NCBI RefSeq assembly: GCF_026210795.1
Contig: NC_089432.1
Location: 62,001-126,000 of the forward strand
Source of the DNA: Rhizophagus irregularis
Lineage: Eukaryota
DNA: 64,000 bases
Reading direction: 5' to 3'
Shown: one piece after another, positions 47,192 to 59,032 of the stretch
How positions within the stretch are numbered: the first letter of the stretch is position 1
How the letters are laid out: each line of letters opens with the position of its first letter
The notes under the pieces: generated by a model
Seen by the model: the letters and a program-made list of their open reading frames with translations, nothing else
Databases searched by the model: none
What the model was told of the DNA's origin: nothing
Translations under genes and position numbers: made by a program

Positions 47192-48099
47192 AAAACAAAG
47201 GGAAGAAATCCCGTACTTCCAAATCTAAAAGAGAACCTATTCTCAAGAAAACTGATGAAGTCTTTCATGCAGCACTGAAGTCTATAATTGCTTCACTAGC
47301 AGCACAATGTCCTAAAGAAATCCTCCTACAGATTAATGCTTATACCAATCAAGCATATGAGAATCTGAAAGACCCGCTTTTAAATCATTTTGTTAGTGAC
47401 TATCCAGTTAGTGAAAGAAAGAAACTCTGGGATGTTCTTTCAGCAAATATGCAAGACATTTTATCTCCTTTGGTTCATATTGTTAATACTACAATAACGC
47501 CGCTATTGCCAACTCCTCCTGTAGATGCGCCACCTGAAGTAGAACAAAAAGATGATAAAACATTGAATCATGCAATTCGTGCTTATCAGCAGAAAAACTT
47601 ATACTGGCCAAGACCCATAGAAATCAACTTTCTGCGGTTAGATGATCCCAATGATGTTGCGACCATTTCCTGTAAAATCAAAAATGTATGCATACCCTAT
47701 GCCATGATCGATACAGGGTCTGACTCCTCAGTAATCTCTGAAAATGTAGCTAAGCATCTAGGTCTCAAAATAGATCGGAAGAATGTGCATGCGCTTAATG
47801 GTGTAGCTGGATCAACCAAAACTCTTGGCACTATCAATGAGATCCCTATAACCATCGGAGAAGGAGAAAATTTGATCACCATTTCAGATGAATTTTCTGT
47901 CATACCTACTGAGAAGGATCGAAATGGTAAGGACAAATCATTGCTAATACTTGGTACACAGTGGCAGTATCGTGCAGGATGGGAACCGGTAGTAAAGGGA
48001 GAATTCAAAGCTAATGTGAATGGTAAGTCTATTTCCATTCCTCTTTCTGTTCACAAGGCTCAGCGAAATGTCTTTTCAGTTGAGGTTAAAAAAAACTAA
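47155..48099 (+). CDS. Retropepsin aspartic protease in the -1 frame of gag
   Basis: YAMIDTGSDSSVISENVAKHLGL, LNGVAG flap, LLILGTQW; frame opens after TAG 47152 just before the A10 run. Confidence 0.88.
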   Translation, partial: CKKKTCRRGVLVKNKGKKSRTSKSKREPILKKTDEVFHAALKSIIASLAAQCPKEILLQINAYTNQAYENLKDPLLNHFVSDYPVSERKKLWDVLSANMQDILSPLVHIVNTTITPLLPTPPVDAPPEVEQKDDKTLNHAIRAYQQKNLYWPRPIEINFLRLDDPNDVATISCKIKNVCIPYAMIDTGSDSSVISENVAKHLGLKIDRKNVHALNGVAGSTKTLGTINEIPITIGEGENLITISDEFSVIPTEKDRNGKDKSLLILGTQWQYRAGWEPVVKGEFKANVNGKSISIPLSVHKAQRNVFSVEVKKN

Positions 48100-48416
48100 C
48101 TGATCGCACCTGCCAGTATTGTAATAAGGAGTTTCCCTATCCTTCTTATCTCAGACAACATTTTTTACGAAAAAACCCATGTGCAATAAAAGAATCCCAT
48201 GTGCATCCCACGCAAAGCCCATGCGAAGTTAAAAAATCTCATGTGCAACCCACGCAAAGCCCATGCGAAGTTAAAAAATCCCATGCGCAACCCATGCAAA
48301 TTCTATGCGCAGTTACCACTGAAGGAGGAGGAAAAAAATCCCATGTGCAAACCATGCAAAGACCGGAGCAAGCAACTGTTCCTATTCGACTATTTCTCTC
48401 CTCTGGTTATGAATAG
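48090..48416 (+). CDS. Zinc-finger/repeat ORF in the -1 frame of the protease, with no ATG upstream of the finger
   Basis: KKLTDRTCQYCNKEFPYPSYLRQHFLRKNPC followed by SHVQPTQSPCEVKK repeats; starts at A AAA AAC right after TAA 48087. Confidence 0.6.
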   Translation, partial: KKLTDRTCQYCNKEFPYPSYLRQHFLRKNPCAIKESHVHPTQSPCEVKKSHVQPTQSPCEVKKSHAQPMQILCAVTTEGGGKKSHVQTMQRPEQATVPIRLFLSSGYE

Positions 48417-48853
48417 ATGTAAAATAACGTTCTCTAACGTAATTCAAATCATATCCAGGATGAAGATTATTGGGTTTAGGAAGACGATCTCCACATAAAA
48501 CAATATCATAGGCCATGTTTGGTGATGATTTACGAAGTTTATAACAGTATTAGTGTTTATATGATGATTTGCGAAGTTTATACTATGTATTTATCAGATT
48601 CAGTCGATCAGAGGTCCCTTAGGACCGGACAACTCGAAGGATTACCAGCTCGGAGGATGTTCATCAAGCCACATGCGTGTACTCCTGTGCAACAAAATAA
48701 ATGATCACACGGCAGGGTCTGTACAACATCCACATTTTTCACATATACCCCCACTTGGTATTTTTGCGCAAATAAAATTCTTTTTTATTCTTGTCCTCAC
48801 ACACCGTACTTTGAGCCAATAACATTTCGCAAAAAACAGTATAAAACCCGAAA

Positions 48854-50354
48854 ATGTCAGTCACGTTATTCTGCCTTGTCAAAGGAAATACGACCGCGAA
48901 CGCTTTCGAAGTTGATATTGAGAAGGACAAGTCTATTAGCAAACTCAAGGACGCCATAAAGGCGAAAAAAGCACCAGAGTTCGACAATTTTCCTGCGGAC
49001 AAGCTCAGGCTATGGAAAGTGGAAATTGGTGGCGATCACCTTGACGATCAGTTGAAGAATCTCAAACTCAATGGCAATGACGAGTTGTCTGCAATAAACG
49101 AAATTGGAGAGTACTGGACCGAGACGCCGCCTAAGAAACATATTCATGTCTTAGTCGAACCACCCGTGTCAACCGTCACTTCAAGTCGCGAACAGGAATT
49201 ACTTGACCAAGTCGCTTCGTTGCAGGCATTACTCAACAAGTCCGTGCATGGTACGTATTTTTTACTTACGAGCCGTCAGCGAAATCTTCAGGTCATGAGA
49301 CTAACCCGGTTATTGCATTATAGCGTTCGATGTCGTCGTGAGTCCGAAGCGAACGAAGAGCTTCAAGTGGACAGTGAATATCGAACACGCGACTCTCGAA
49401 GGACTAAAAGAACATATACGTGGAGTTCACAAGACACCGGCCCTCGACAATGATGGAGCGGAACTTAGCATGTTAAACGACAGTGGGAAATTCTCTCCTC
49501 GAAACGATCAGGGTCTTCGTGAGATGCTTAACGTATTCGTGTCGAAGAACAATCTCAAGTTCACCGTGTTCATTGAGACGCCATCAAAACCATTTTCAGA
49601 TTGGTCATTCCCGAAGGTGTGCCAGCTTTATGGTCTTGGCGAGTCAGACGATCCCTCGTTATCAGTGTTCCCGCCTTTCACTTGCGAGTATAAAGAACTG
49701 GAAGAGGATTCTTCCAAGGCAATACTCAAACATCTTACTGCGGAGCTGAATGCTCGTCTCAAGGCTATTCCAATCAGCGGGAATGAAGCATCGAAATCAC
49801 AATATGTCTGCTCCTATCTTGTCGCCGGGGTAAATCTGTACGAGAGGAAGTTCGAGCTTCGACCAGAAAAAAACATCACAGGACCCAATGGACACGGACC
49901 GGTTGATTTCGCAATAGACTTGCTCCAAACTGCGAAAACTGTCGGTGTGACAGAGGTAAAGGACGAAGATTTTTTTAAGGGTATTGCTCAGAATGCCGTT
50001 CAACTCGAATCCGCATTATCAAACCGTAAACGTAAGGCGAATGAGATGGAGGAAGAGAGTGTGTTTGTAGGTAAGGTATTCGGGATAATCACAGATGCGG
50101 AAAAATGGTACTTTATGGAATGTTCGCTCGATGATCAGGACAGGCTAAGATTCAAACTATCCGAACCTATTGTCGTTGTATACAAGGACGAGAATATGGA
50201 AAACATGGTTAGGAAAGTTCTCGGACATATTGCATGGTTATTGGAGGAGGTGCAGAAGCCGGATTCAGCTTCACAAAGTGAAGAGAGGGCAATAAAAAAG
50301 CCTAGGTCATCGGGTAATCTTAAGGAAAAATCGGATACGGTCGTTAAGTCATAG
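48854..50354 (+). CDS. CRN: Crinkler-family effector (CRN ubiquitin-like N-terminus + REase-fold C-terminus), two exons
   Basis: TLFCLVKG..AFEVDI..LKDAIK..LRLWKV..HIHVLVEPP; intron 49251-49323 (GTACGT..GACTAAC..TAG) joins in frame; GPVDFAI..TEVK..GIAQNAVQL. Confidence 0.88.
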
Positions 50355-50652
50355 GATAGAAAATTAGTCATGTATCACGGGCAAAGTCCCGAGCATTTTA
50401 ACTCGTACTTCAACACCTGTATAATGGGATGCGTCCCGAACCAATGTATTTATTTTTTATCCTCAGTCTGTATTAATAAAACATTCACTCGAAAACACGT
50501 ACACACACGTTTTAAATGGCAAAGAAATAGATTTTATTATTCATGATATATAGGTTTTGCAAACGAAAAATAAAACGGATAGCGGATGTTTCAAGTGAGG
50601 AATTTGCCGGCCACTAGACCATATAATGGCAGTTCCTTCCCGCTATCCTTTA

Positions 50653-51392
50653 CTAACTATTGTTAATTTCATTATTGATATTACTACTGCTATTGATATT
50701 ACTACTACTATTACTCGCGAAACTAACTACCCTTTTCCCCTCCCTTTCTATCCATGGAGTTAATTTATCCATCGTAGTTTTTCTTGGATTCGTTCTGTGA
50801 TGATAGAAACTGGCTAATGTGCCAGGACTTAGTCCGATCTCATCGGATAATATATTGTACATTTGTGTAGGAGAGCGATTCCCCTTTTTTCTTCTCTGAT
50901 CGAAAATGGCAGTGAATTCAACCCAATACATTTCTGTTTCGTCGTCATACTCGGAACGTTTGCCAGTAGTTGAACGACTTGCAGAAGAGAATCGGTTTGA
51001 TCCTACTAGAAGAAATGAGGCGCAGGTTATTATGTAACGTCACGGGCAATGAATCATATGCGGACTGCGGACTGCGGACTGTGACGTGCATGCTTACCTT
51101 GTGAGATTACGTCATTCCGCCACTCATTTTCAGCGCGCATTTTTTGAAGTTCATTATTTAGCGCCAGGACCGTTCTTTCAAGTTCATTATTTGTCCCGGA
51201 CTGATATTTACGAAAAAATGACAATGCACCAGCTAAAATTGCGTATGTGAAAACATTTCCCGAAAAAACATTCTGGAGCATATCCATTGTTAAGATGCCT
51301 CGGGTATGCAGGGTTCCCAAAAGAACCGGCATCTCATGGATTACGATTATGGAAATGAAGAGTGTAATCAAAAAAATATCACGTCTGTTCAT
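50653..51392 (-). CDS. Two-exon gene: hydrophobic N-terminus, coiled coil, C-terminal HTH-like domain
   Basis: Intron 51097 to ~51003 (GTAAGC...TAG) joins ORF 51054-51392 in frame with ORF 50653-50931 (LSDEIGLSPGTLASFYH..TNPRKTTMDKL). Confidence 0.55.
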
Positions 51393-52051
51393 GCTATCTG
51401 TAGTTTAAATTGTTTCAAAAAGCACTATGCAATTTTATTTGGGACTTTTGAGATAATAACAGTTGAAGAGTGTTAACTTTAAAAACGGGAAACAAGGTCC
51501 TTTTATACTTTATTAATACTGCGCGAGAGATTTAACCGCATGATTACTAAAGGGGTATCCGTAGTTTTTTTATTAACACCCAAAATTGGTAGAGAATGAG
51601 TAATTGCGCAATCTAGAATATAGGTTAACAGTTAAATAATGCCCCTTTTCATTGTTATACAGTCACTTCGATCGCCTTATAATGCAATAGAAATCGATCG
51701 ACGGTACCACAGCATCAAATCAGGGGCATAACAAACATTGTTGACTCATGGTCTGTTTTAATTAACGTAATTTACGCTACACAAAATTTATGCCAGAACT
51801 TTCAGGACCGCCTATTACTCAGTATTTTTACGTATATACTGCGGCATATTTTACATATGATTTCGTGACTTATTCTCACATAATTCAAAAAAATTCTGCG
51901 GCTGCGGTAGTCACATGGTTGAGCAATAGATTATATGCGGTTACGCACTACACAATTATTATGAATTATAGGTGATCAAGCAAGGATCAGGTAATTCATG
52001 TCAGCAGGCAAATGAAGATAAGTATTTTAGTACAAACTACAAACCGTAGCT

Positions 52052-52402
52052 ATGGAACCAGTCTTACCAAATGATTCTATCCTTAGTGCAGAATACGAGA
52101 CCCTAGGGTTAATAGACAATGATAACAGCAATGGATCTGTGATAGATAATGAAGACGATGAAGTTTGGGATGATGGTGATGAAGATGACTCTGATGATGA
52201 TCACGACATTTTGGGTATCAGAGACGGACACGATTACATAGCTTGTTATGGTAGAGATGCTTGGGATAAACTTATTCAAGCCCAGGAGGCTCGTCATCGT
52301 ATATCCTTCTTAGGTTATTTACCCAACGCCTTCCAAATATTTCTGAGCAAGCAAAGAATGGACTATTTGATATATTTACCGAATCATCTGCTTTTGGAGT
52401 AA
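52052..52402 (+). CDS. Acidic hypothetical protein
   Basis: 116-aa ORF with a D/E-rich stretch, inside element B. Confidence 0.4.
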   Translation: MEPVLPNDSILSAEYETLGLIDNDNSNGSVIDNEDDEVWDDGDEDDSDDDHDILGIRDGHDYIACYGRDAWDKLIQAQEARHRISFLGYLPNAFQIFLSKQRMDYLIYLPNHLLLE

Positions 52403-52885
52403 GGGAACACAATGCACTTTTAGACGCACTAGCTGATCCAGTGAATGGTTTAAGTCTTTTCGAATATGATCAACTGTATTACTAATTCATCGGAAGACTT
52501 GCTTTATTAATACGCGAAAAAACAAATAGAGGATCAATCCGGCATTGGTTCGGGACGAAGCCCGCAATACATGACGCCTGTGCTAATATACACGCTTAAT
52601 TTTTTAGCCTTTGGCAGTGATACTGCGGCCACTTTACATATGATATCAATGACGTAATACTGCGGTGTGATTTCGTGACCTTTCTCACATGATTCAAAAA
52701 ATGTTACTTTATTTATTCGTAACAGCAATCGATACATAAAAAACGAATATATTACGTTACAAGTCATAATAATAGCAGGTTCGCCCATGTCACAACACCG
52801 AAAAAGGACCCCCTAGATCGGTGTAGTAATTATAACTTTCTTTTCCTGATAGGTGCTATTGAAGGGACATAATAGATAATAGTAA

Positions 52886-53190
52886 TTATTTTTGCCCTGA
52901 GCAGACCAATCCCCCCATATGCCTGAAACTGCTGACGTTGTTGGACTGATGCTCATTCACCACCGAAGAGTCCTGTTCCACTTTTGCGAGTCTGGATTCG
53001 GCATCCTCTCCATTCTTCTCCAACTCCTCGATCTTATTCCCTAGTTCCTTCCTGAGATTTGCTACCTCGCGTTTAAGATTGAAATTCTCAGCCTCAAAGC
53101 TCAGTACTACACCGTTTAAATACGTTAAGTTCGGCATTCTCAGCCTTCAGCTCAGAGATACACTGTCTCAAAACTTCAAGTTGGTTAGCT
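52886..53190 (-). pseudogene. Coiled-coil protein fragment
   Basis: Heptad-rich EAENFNLKREVANLRKEL; appears rearranged. Confidence 0.35.
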
Positions 53191-53359
53191 TTGTTAACGG
53201 ACATTATAGAAATTATATTCGACATGAATTTGTTTAATGTTATGAGAAAAAAAAATTACGAAAGCGGGACACTGCGTACTTTATTTAATAAAACATTGCC
53301 GAAAGTCGGCTTACAATACATAAAAATTGCGAATATATCGCTACATGATACAAAAATTA

Positions 53360-53656
53360 TTATTCTGATTCTTTTTCCTTCGGTAATACAGGGTGTACGG
53401 TGATATGAACGTAGTCTGTATCGGGTTGACCATTAAAATATTCAGAAATTAAAGTCTGCGATTGCATACGTCTTTCATTAACACTGCTAGGATGAATTTG
53501 ACGAATATCTAGAGGAATGTTATTAAAAGACGCCCCTAGATTGTTTCGAATTGCGGTTTCAAGAGCGCTAACTGTTTGTCCCCTGTCAATTGTAATTCTT
53601 CTATCACATAGAAGATCATTAGAAACAATACGGCAGTTGAGAGTAATATCGGTCAT
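53360..53656 (-). CDS. Stand-alone CRN-N-like ubiquitin-like domain protein
   Basis: MTDITLNC..ITIDRGQTVSALETAI...ISEYFNGQP..VHITVHP. Confidence 0.6.
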   Translation of the reverse strand: MTDITLNCRIVSNDLLCDRRITIDRGQTVSALETAIRNNLGASFNNIPLDIRQIHPSSVNERRMQSQTLISEYFNGQPDTDYVHITVHPVLPKEKESE

Positions 53657-53884
53657 ACTGGAATCCTGAATACATATGGAGGCCCTTAGTGAGATTATTT
53701 GCATGAAAACATTTTCATTATTTTCAATCTCTTGCATATACGCACCTTAATTTTTTGCGAGAAGGTTGAGTAAACTTCTACCTGTCCTTTTACGCTTTAT
53801 ATACTGGAACTTGCAGAATAAGAAGCCGAATACCGAATATAAGAAAGATGATTAACATTGTCGTATGATGCCAAGAAACCTTTG

Positions 53885-54160
53885 AAAGCACATGCAAGCG
53901 GAATTTTCAAACCTTTTCACATGAAGATCTTCCTCGCAAGTCTCAAAGTAGCTTTACGCCTGGCGATCTCGGAATTGCAAAGTCCTCAGCCTTTCATAAC
54001 ATATGCTTTTGACGTTAATATTGACTTATAGGGTAGACCTGTGTTGCGTGTAGACTTTCTTTCACATTTTTCTCACATTTGTTTGGGGAAAAAAATAAAG
54101 GTACTAGTTGGCATGAATATTTTTTCAATATATGCGAAAATTAATATGTCGCACAGACTT
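53885..54160. repeat. Copy of the dispersed repeat at 28110-28375
   Basis: Collinear matching blocks in the same orientation. Confidence 0.8.
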
Positions 54161-54529
54161 GCCTTGTGATCTGCCTATTTTTGTCGCACAATCAGTGGCT
54201 CAGCAAAAATTGATGATCGTCTCTCCGCAATGCCTGACCTGTTGATCATATTCTCCGGGACTAGGGCACCTGTCTGTTGACCTTTAGCGTTTCCGACACT
54301 TGTCCGCGACGAGGACCATGTCGTTTTTTATGTCAATGACAGTATCCTTGTCAACAACCTCGTCAATATCATCTTCAAGTGATTTAAGACGGGAGCAGTT
54401 TTCCTCGCCGGATGAATGTTTTTGTCGTACCATGTCATTTGTCATTTTAGTGATGTGTCCTAATACTAACCGCACGTCTAAACAGATAATACGTTATATA
54501 TGCTATATCTTGTTTGAAAAAATAAATTC

Positions 54530-54826
54530 TCACCTTGACCGATTCTCCAGGATCGCCTTCTCTTGCCCTTCTGGGCACTCTACAGAAGCTAGTAGTGAAT
54601 AATAAAATGCCTCTACTAAGTCATAAAAGGCTTTTGGAATGTTTGGTACAGGGCATTTCATAAATGCATCAATACTAGTCTTAGAACTTATGACCATTTT
54701 AGCTAATGCCTTTATACTTTTTATTGCATCCTCTACATCTTTAAAGAGACCTCTCTGAATTGTAACATGCACTAGGTCATCGATATATTCTTTACTATGT
54801 ATATCATAGATTGGATCGTCTTCCAT
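54530..54826 (-). CDS. Hypothetical protein downstream of pPolB
   Basis: MEDDPIYDIHSKEY... ORF co-oriented with pPolB; may be spliced to 54284-54475. Confidence 0.4.
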   Translation of the reverse strand: MEDDPIYDIHSKEYIDDLVHVTIQRGLFKDVEDAIKSIKALAKMVISSKTSIDAFMKCPVPNIPKAFYDLVEAFYYSLLASVECPEGQEKAILENRSR

Positions 54827-54899
54827 TTTAACTACTGAGAAAAAAATATAATTTATTATTAATATATGCCTAAGTATCACTAAACTATTCTATATCATT

Positions 54900-57800
54900 C
54901 TAATATTTCTCTGGTAATCTGGTTCCTATAGCTATTTTTTCTGCTGTCTCATGACTTGTGCCACGCTCAAGAAGTTTCTTATATACTTTAATACGCCAGT
55001 GTCCGAATGGTAAGGAGGATATACCATCTGACCAAATCCAGCGTTTTGTATCAATTGGGGATAATGCCTTCTTCTCTGACTCAATTAGTGATATTACATG
55101 ATTTTTTGTACGCATTCCTACATTCTTGGCATAGAAGATATTATTTTCAAAAAGACAGTCCCGATATACTTGAGTCATAGGATCGAAGATTTCATCTTTT
55201 TCTACTGTATCATCTAATAAAGTTCCACCTAAAGATGGGAAATATGTGTCCTTAGCCATATCACTCATACCCTTCTTGCTTACTCCTTTATGTTTGGACT
55301 TTGTAGACTTGTCAGCCAAGATATAGTGGTAAGATTTTGCACGGATGTGGTAGGATTCAGTAATTACATTTCCAGGAGTCTCATCCTTGAAAAGTCCGAT
55401 AGTCTTGGTATCATTAAGGTCAAAGAGATCTGGACGCTCTGCCATATCCTTGTAAATATCTTCTGTCTCAACATGGTAGATAAAGGAGTCAGTATCCATA
55501 TATCCAAGTCGTGCCTTGTCTCCATACTTCTCCTTGACAAAACCATACCAGAAGCAGTACATTAAGAGTTTACTGAGACCGAGGACTGATGCACCAATGA
55601 TAATAGGCTTATTGAGAATAACACTAGCCTTACCCATATGTGCTCCTACAAGTGTGTTGCCAAGTTGACGAGCATACTTGAAGGAGGGCTTGCGGATTTT
55701 CTTAAGGAATTTCTTCTCATCATTTTCATTGATCATTCTCATAAGCTTGACATCCTGATATTTACGTACATTCTCCATAGTCTTGCCATAGACTGAGTTA
55801 TTCATGAGTTTAAAGAAGTCTTTCTCAAATGAATTCTTGGATTGTTGACGTAAATTTGTATTTTTTGCAATATAAGGAGCTAACCAGTTATCCTGATCAA
55901 ATGATAGGACTTGTGTAATCTCATCTACAACCATGCCTAACTTAATGTAATACTGGAGCTCTTGGTAATGTATGACATAATCTTCATGTTTACCAAGATG
56001 TGGAACTAACTTCTCTGTTTCAGGGAATCGCCCTCCATCTAAGTTATTAACAAGTTTGGTTATATATGGACTTAACCTATCCTTTTTTACAGCTATACTA
56101 TTAACTGCAGGAGGTAAATCTTGTAGATAATCATGAGTCTTAAGAGGGAAGTGCGCTTTGATATTTAGGAAGTAACCACGGGCAGCATCTGGTTTTGTAT
56201 TAAGAATTACATTAAGTATTTGCTTCTGCTTATCTGGATTCTGTTTGAAATATTCTGGAGATGCTTCCCATCTGTAATTACCAATAGGTAAGTACTGGCT
56301 CATAGCCCATCCATACAGATTGTTTGCATCTACATAGGAAATCCAAGTAGTAGGTTTAGAGGGATTAAAGGAGTCACCCATCTTAGGGTTATTGGCTTTT
56401 AAGAAACGGTGTCCAGCCATAGCTATTCCTCCACGTTTAGCCTTTTCAGTAAAATCATGCATGGTCATGTCAGTGAATAGCTCTATCCTGATTCCAGTCA
56501 TCTTGAGCATGCCATCCCAAGAAAGTGCTGGAGCAGAGACATAATGACTTGGGTCAAGTCCATAATGATGCATCGCTGTCTGTCGAAATTTTGTCCAGAC
56601 ATCTGCTAGGAGAAGAACATCAGTCTTAAGGTAAAGGTCATGATACTCGCCCAAGTTCTTGCAGCCAAATTCCTTCCAAACTTTTTGTGCATGTTTGTAA
56701 TTATTCTGAGTGATCTCTCCTCCAAGAGTACTATAAAAGTCATGAATAGATGGGAGTTCTGTCTCCTTGAAACGATCATGTGAATCAATATATTCATAAG
56801 GATAAACCCCCTTACGTGTGATTAGGTCAATATGTTCAGACGAGAAGTTTTTAAAGTGTCGCTTTGTGAGAGGTTTATCTGTCCCTAAATTCTTTGCAAG
56901 GTTTGCAAGACTGGAGGCCATGAACTGCATGCTGTCAATGTACTTGAATTGCCCTACCTTCATGGATTTGTAACGTTCGAATGTCTCTGCAATAACTTTG
57001 ATTTAATGTGCTCCAATTGATCGTCCAACAGATTCACAAACTAAATGGGAGTCATAGCCACGGAAATTGTGGAAGACTACAGGAATTGGAGTCTTCCATG
57101 CTTCAATTTGAAGCTTAAGATTGCATGCATTATGAGCAGCCCCACGAAATTTACCTGTGATGTGGCAGTGATCCCAAACTTTTTTGTCCTGATCGAAATT
57201 TCCATTACATATCCAACAATTAACTGCTTCAGTGAATTCCTTTTTAGCTTCCTCTGTTACAATACGTTCTACTTTTACTTCTAAAACATCATTAATCCTT
57301 CTTAATTCTTTATCAAGTCTGCGGACAAACTCTTCTGTTGCATTTGGTCCTCGGTATAAAAATGGCCCCCATGTCTCATCAGTTTCAATCCAGTGGACCA
57401 TATAGCAGAAGCTATTAGCCTTTTGCTCCATAATCTTATGCATATTTCCACCATAGTTTTCATTACACTTTCTATTATCAGCCTCAAAGTCTGCAATAAT
57501 TACACATGGAGCATACATTGTTCGGTTAAAATTCTTAAACTCCTCAAAATCATTCTTACCTTTAACTGGTAACTCAACTCTTTGTGGTGCCTCACCTAAT
57601 CCAAAACACCATTCCTGATGATTAGTTAGAGATTTAGACGATGGAAAGCTTTGGAAGCACCGATTGCAAAGATACTTCTTTCCCTTGTGGGATGTATCTT
57701 TGTATATTAAAGCATCAGGATTCTTAATCCAAAGGAAGTGGTTCTTCTGACCATACTTCCCTTCATCTGATTTTGTAATATCTGTAAGGGCCATGAGGTG

Positions 57801-58958
57801 AATGATATGTTGACGGTTGTAATTTTTACTTGCAATAACAGGTTTTGGAATACCAGTTTTCTCCTCCCATTCCCATACATTAATGGAGATCTCAGGATTG
57901 AGGTCCTCAATCTTGCTAAATATGCGTGGACAAACAGGAGTGGGCATGGGAATTGCATTGAGATTGACTTGTTCCAAGTATGGCTTAAATTTTTCTGCCT
58001 GAAAGATTCGCTCAAGTTTTTGTGTATGTCCATCTTTATATGCAAAGTAAGCACCTAAAGCCCCTTGCAAACATTTTTCAGAAGGCAAACCTGTGTCCGG
58101 ATCTATGAGATCTTTGTTATCCGGATTGATAGTGCACTTCTTATTTGCAAGTGCCTTAGGTGTGAGAATGTATGAGCCTCCTTCTGCTCGGCGGTAAGTA
58201 TACGTCTCAATAGTTAATATATCTATACTAACAATTTTCCAACCAGACCCTCCTTTCATAAATTTGACAATTTTATCTGTGATATCCACTGCTGATTTCG
58301 TTAAATGATCATCTATATCATTCTTTAAAAGAAGTACACGCATGACTCCTCTATGATAAACTTGCTTATATGTTCCACTATTATCTGTATATGTAGCCAA
58401 TATAGTGATAGCTGATTTGATTTGCCCCTTTTCTTCAAGTTCACTCTCAAGAATTTCTGTTATTTTCTGACGGGTATCAGCTATTATACTTGGGAAATAT
58501 GGTATATCTCTAACATTTGGTTTAAGATCAGCTTGCCATACTGTCTTATGTTTTAGAGATTTATGTGGACGTGCAGGATCATGACCTCTTTTTACAAATT
58601 GAATATCACACCATCTTCCTCTATAATCTCCTTGCATATAAGCAAACCATTCATTATCTGTTTGTGGAGCTCTTCTTCTTCGTGGAGTATATTGATTGTA
58701 ATCACCAGGTCCTGCTAACCATTTTGCTAGTTCATCAATTGTTAAGTTAGGAGTTTTCTCTGTATGAGATGGGATAACTTCAGGTGTGGGATCCTGGAGT
58801 TGCTCCGGTTGTGGTTGCAATTGTACAATCTCAGGTGTGGGATCCTGAGGTTTAGCTGCAGGTTTGCATAGAAACTTTCTATTTTGATGCCCACGAAGCT
58901 TTTGTGGAGTTGCAAAAGCCTTTCCACATCTATCACAAGTTCGATTACTTGTTGCCAT
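54900..58958 (-). pseudogene. Full-length protein-primed family B DNA polymerase (~1350 codons) with a single TAA at 57003
   Basis: N-terminal Zn finger; SEKCL..NHFLWIKN; ExoI IIADFEA; CWIC..WDHCHITGKFRGAAHNACNL; ExoII FHNFRGYDSH; ExoIII YLKTDV; YVDANNLYG, KLMNNSVYGK, YMDTDS; the two ORFs are in frame (GAH*IKVIAE). Confidence 0.95.
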
Positions 58959-59032
58959 ACTGGTTGTGTACTAATAACCTAAAAATTTTTTTCTTCAATT
59001 AATAAATTCTAAAATGTTTCCCATCTTATTAC

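Noticed and set aside
4207..57005. RIP-like CpA-to-TpA mutation or stop-codon readthrough explaining the in-frame stops
   Set aside because: Nonsense codons made by C-to-T changes fall mostly in CpA/CpG contexts by necessity, and the ancestral codons are only inferred. Stops are of mixed types and occur with frameshifts, so decay or consensus error is enough.
55290..58936. Small alternative-frame and antisense ORFs within pPolB
   Set aside because: Shadow ORFs of a long coding sequence with no motifs.
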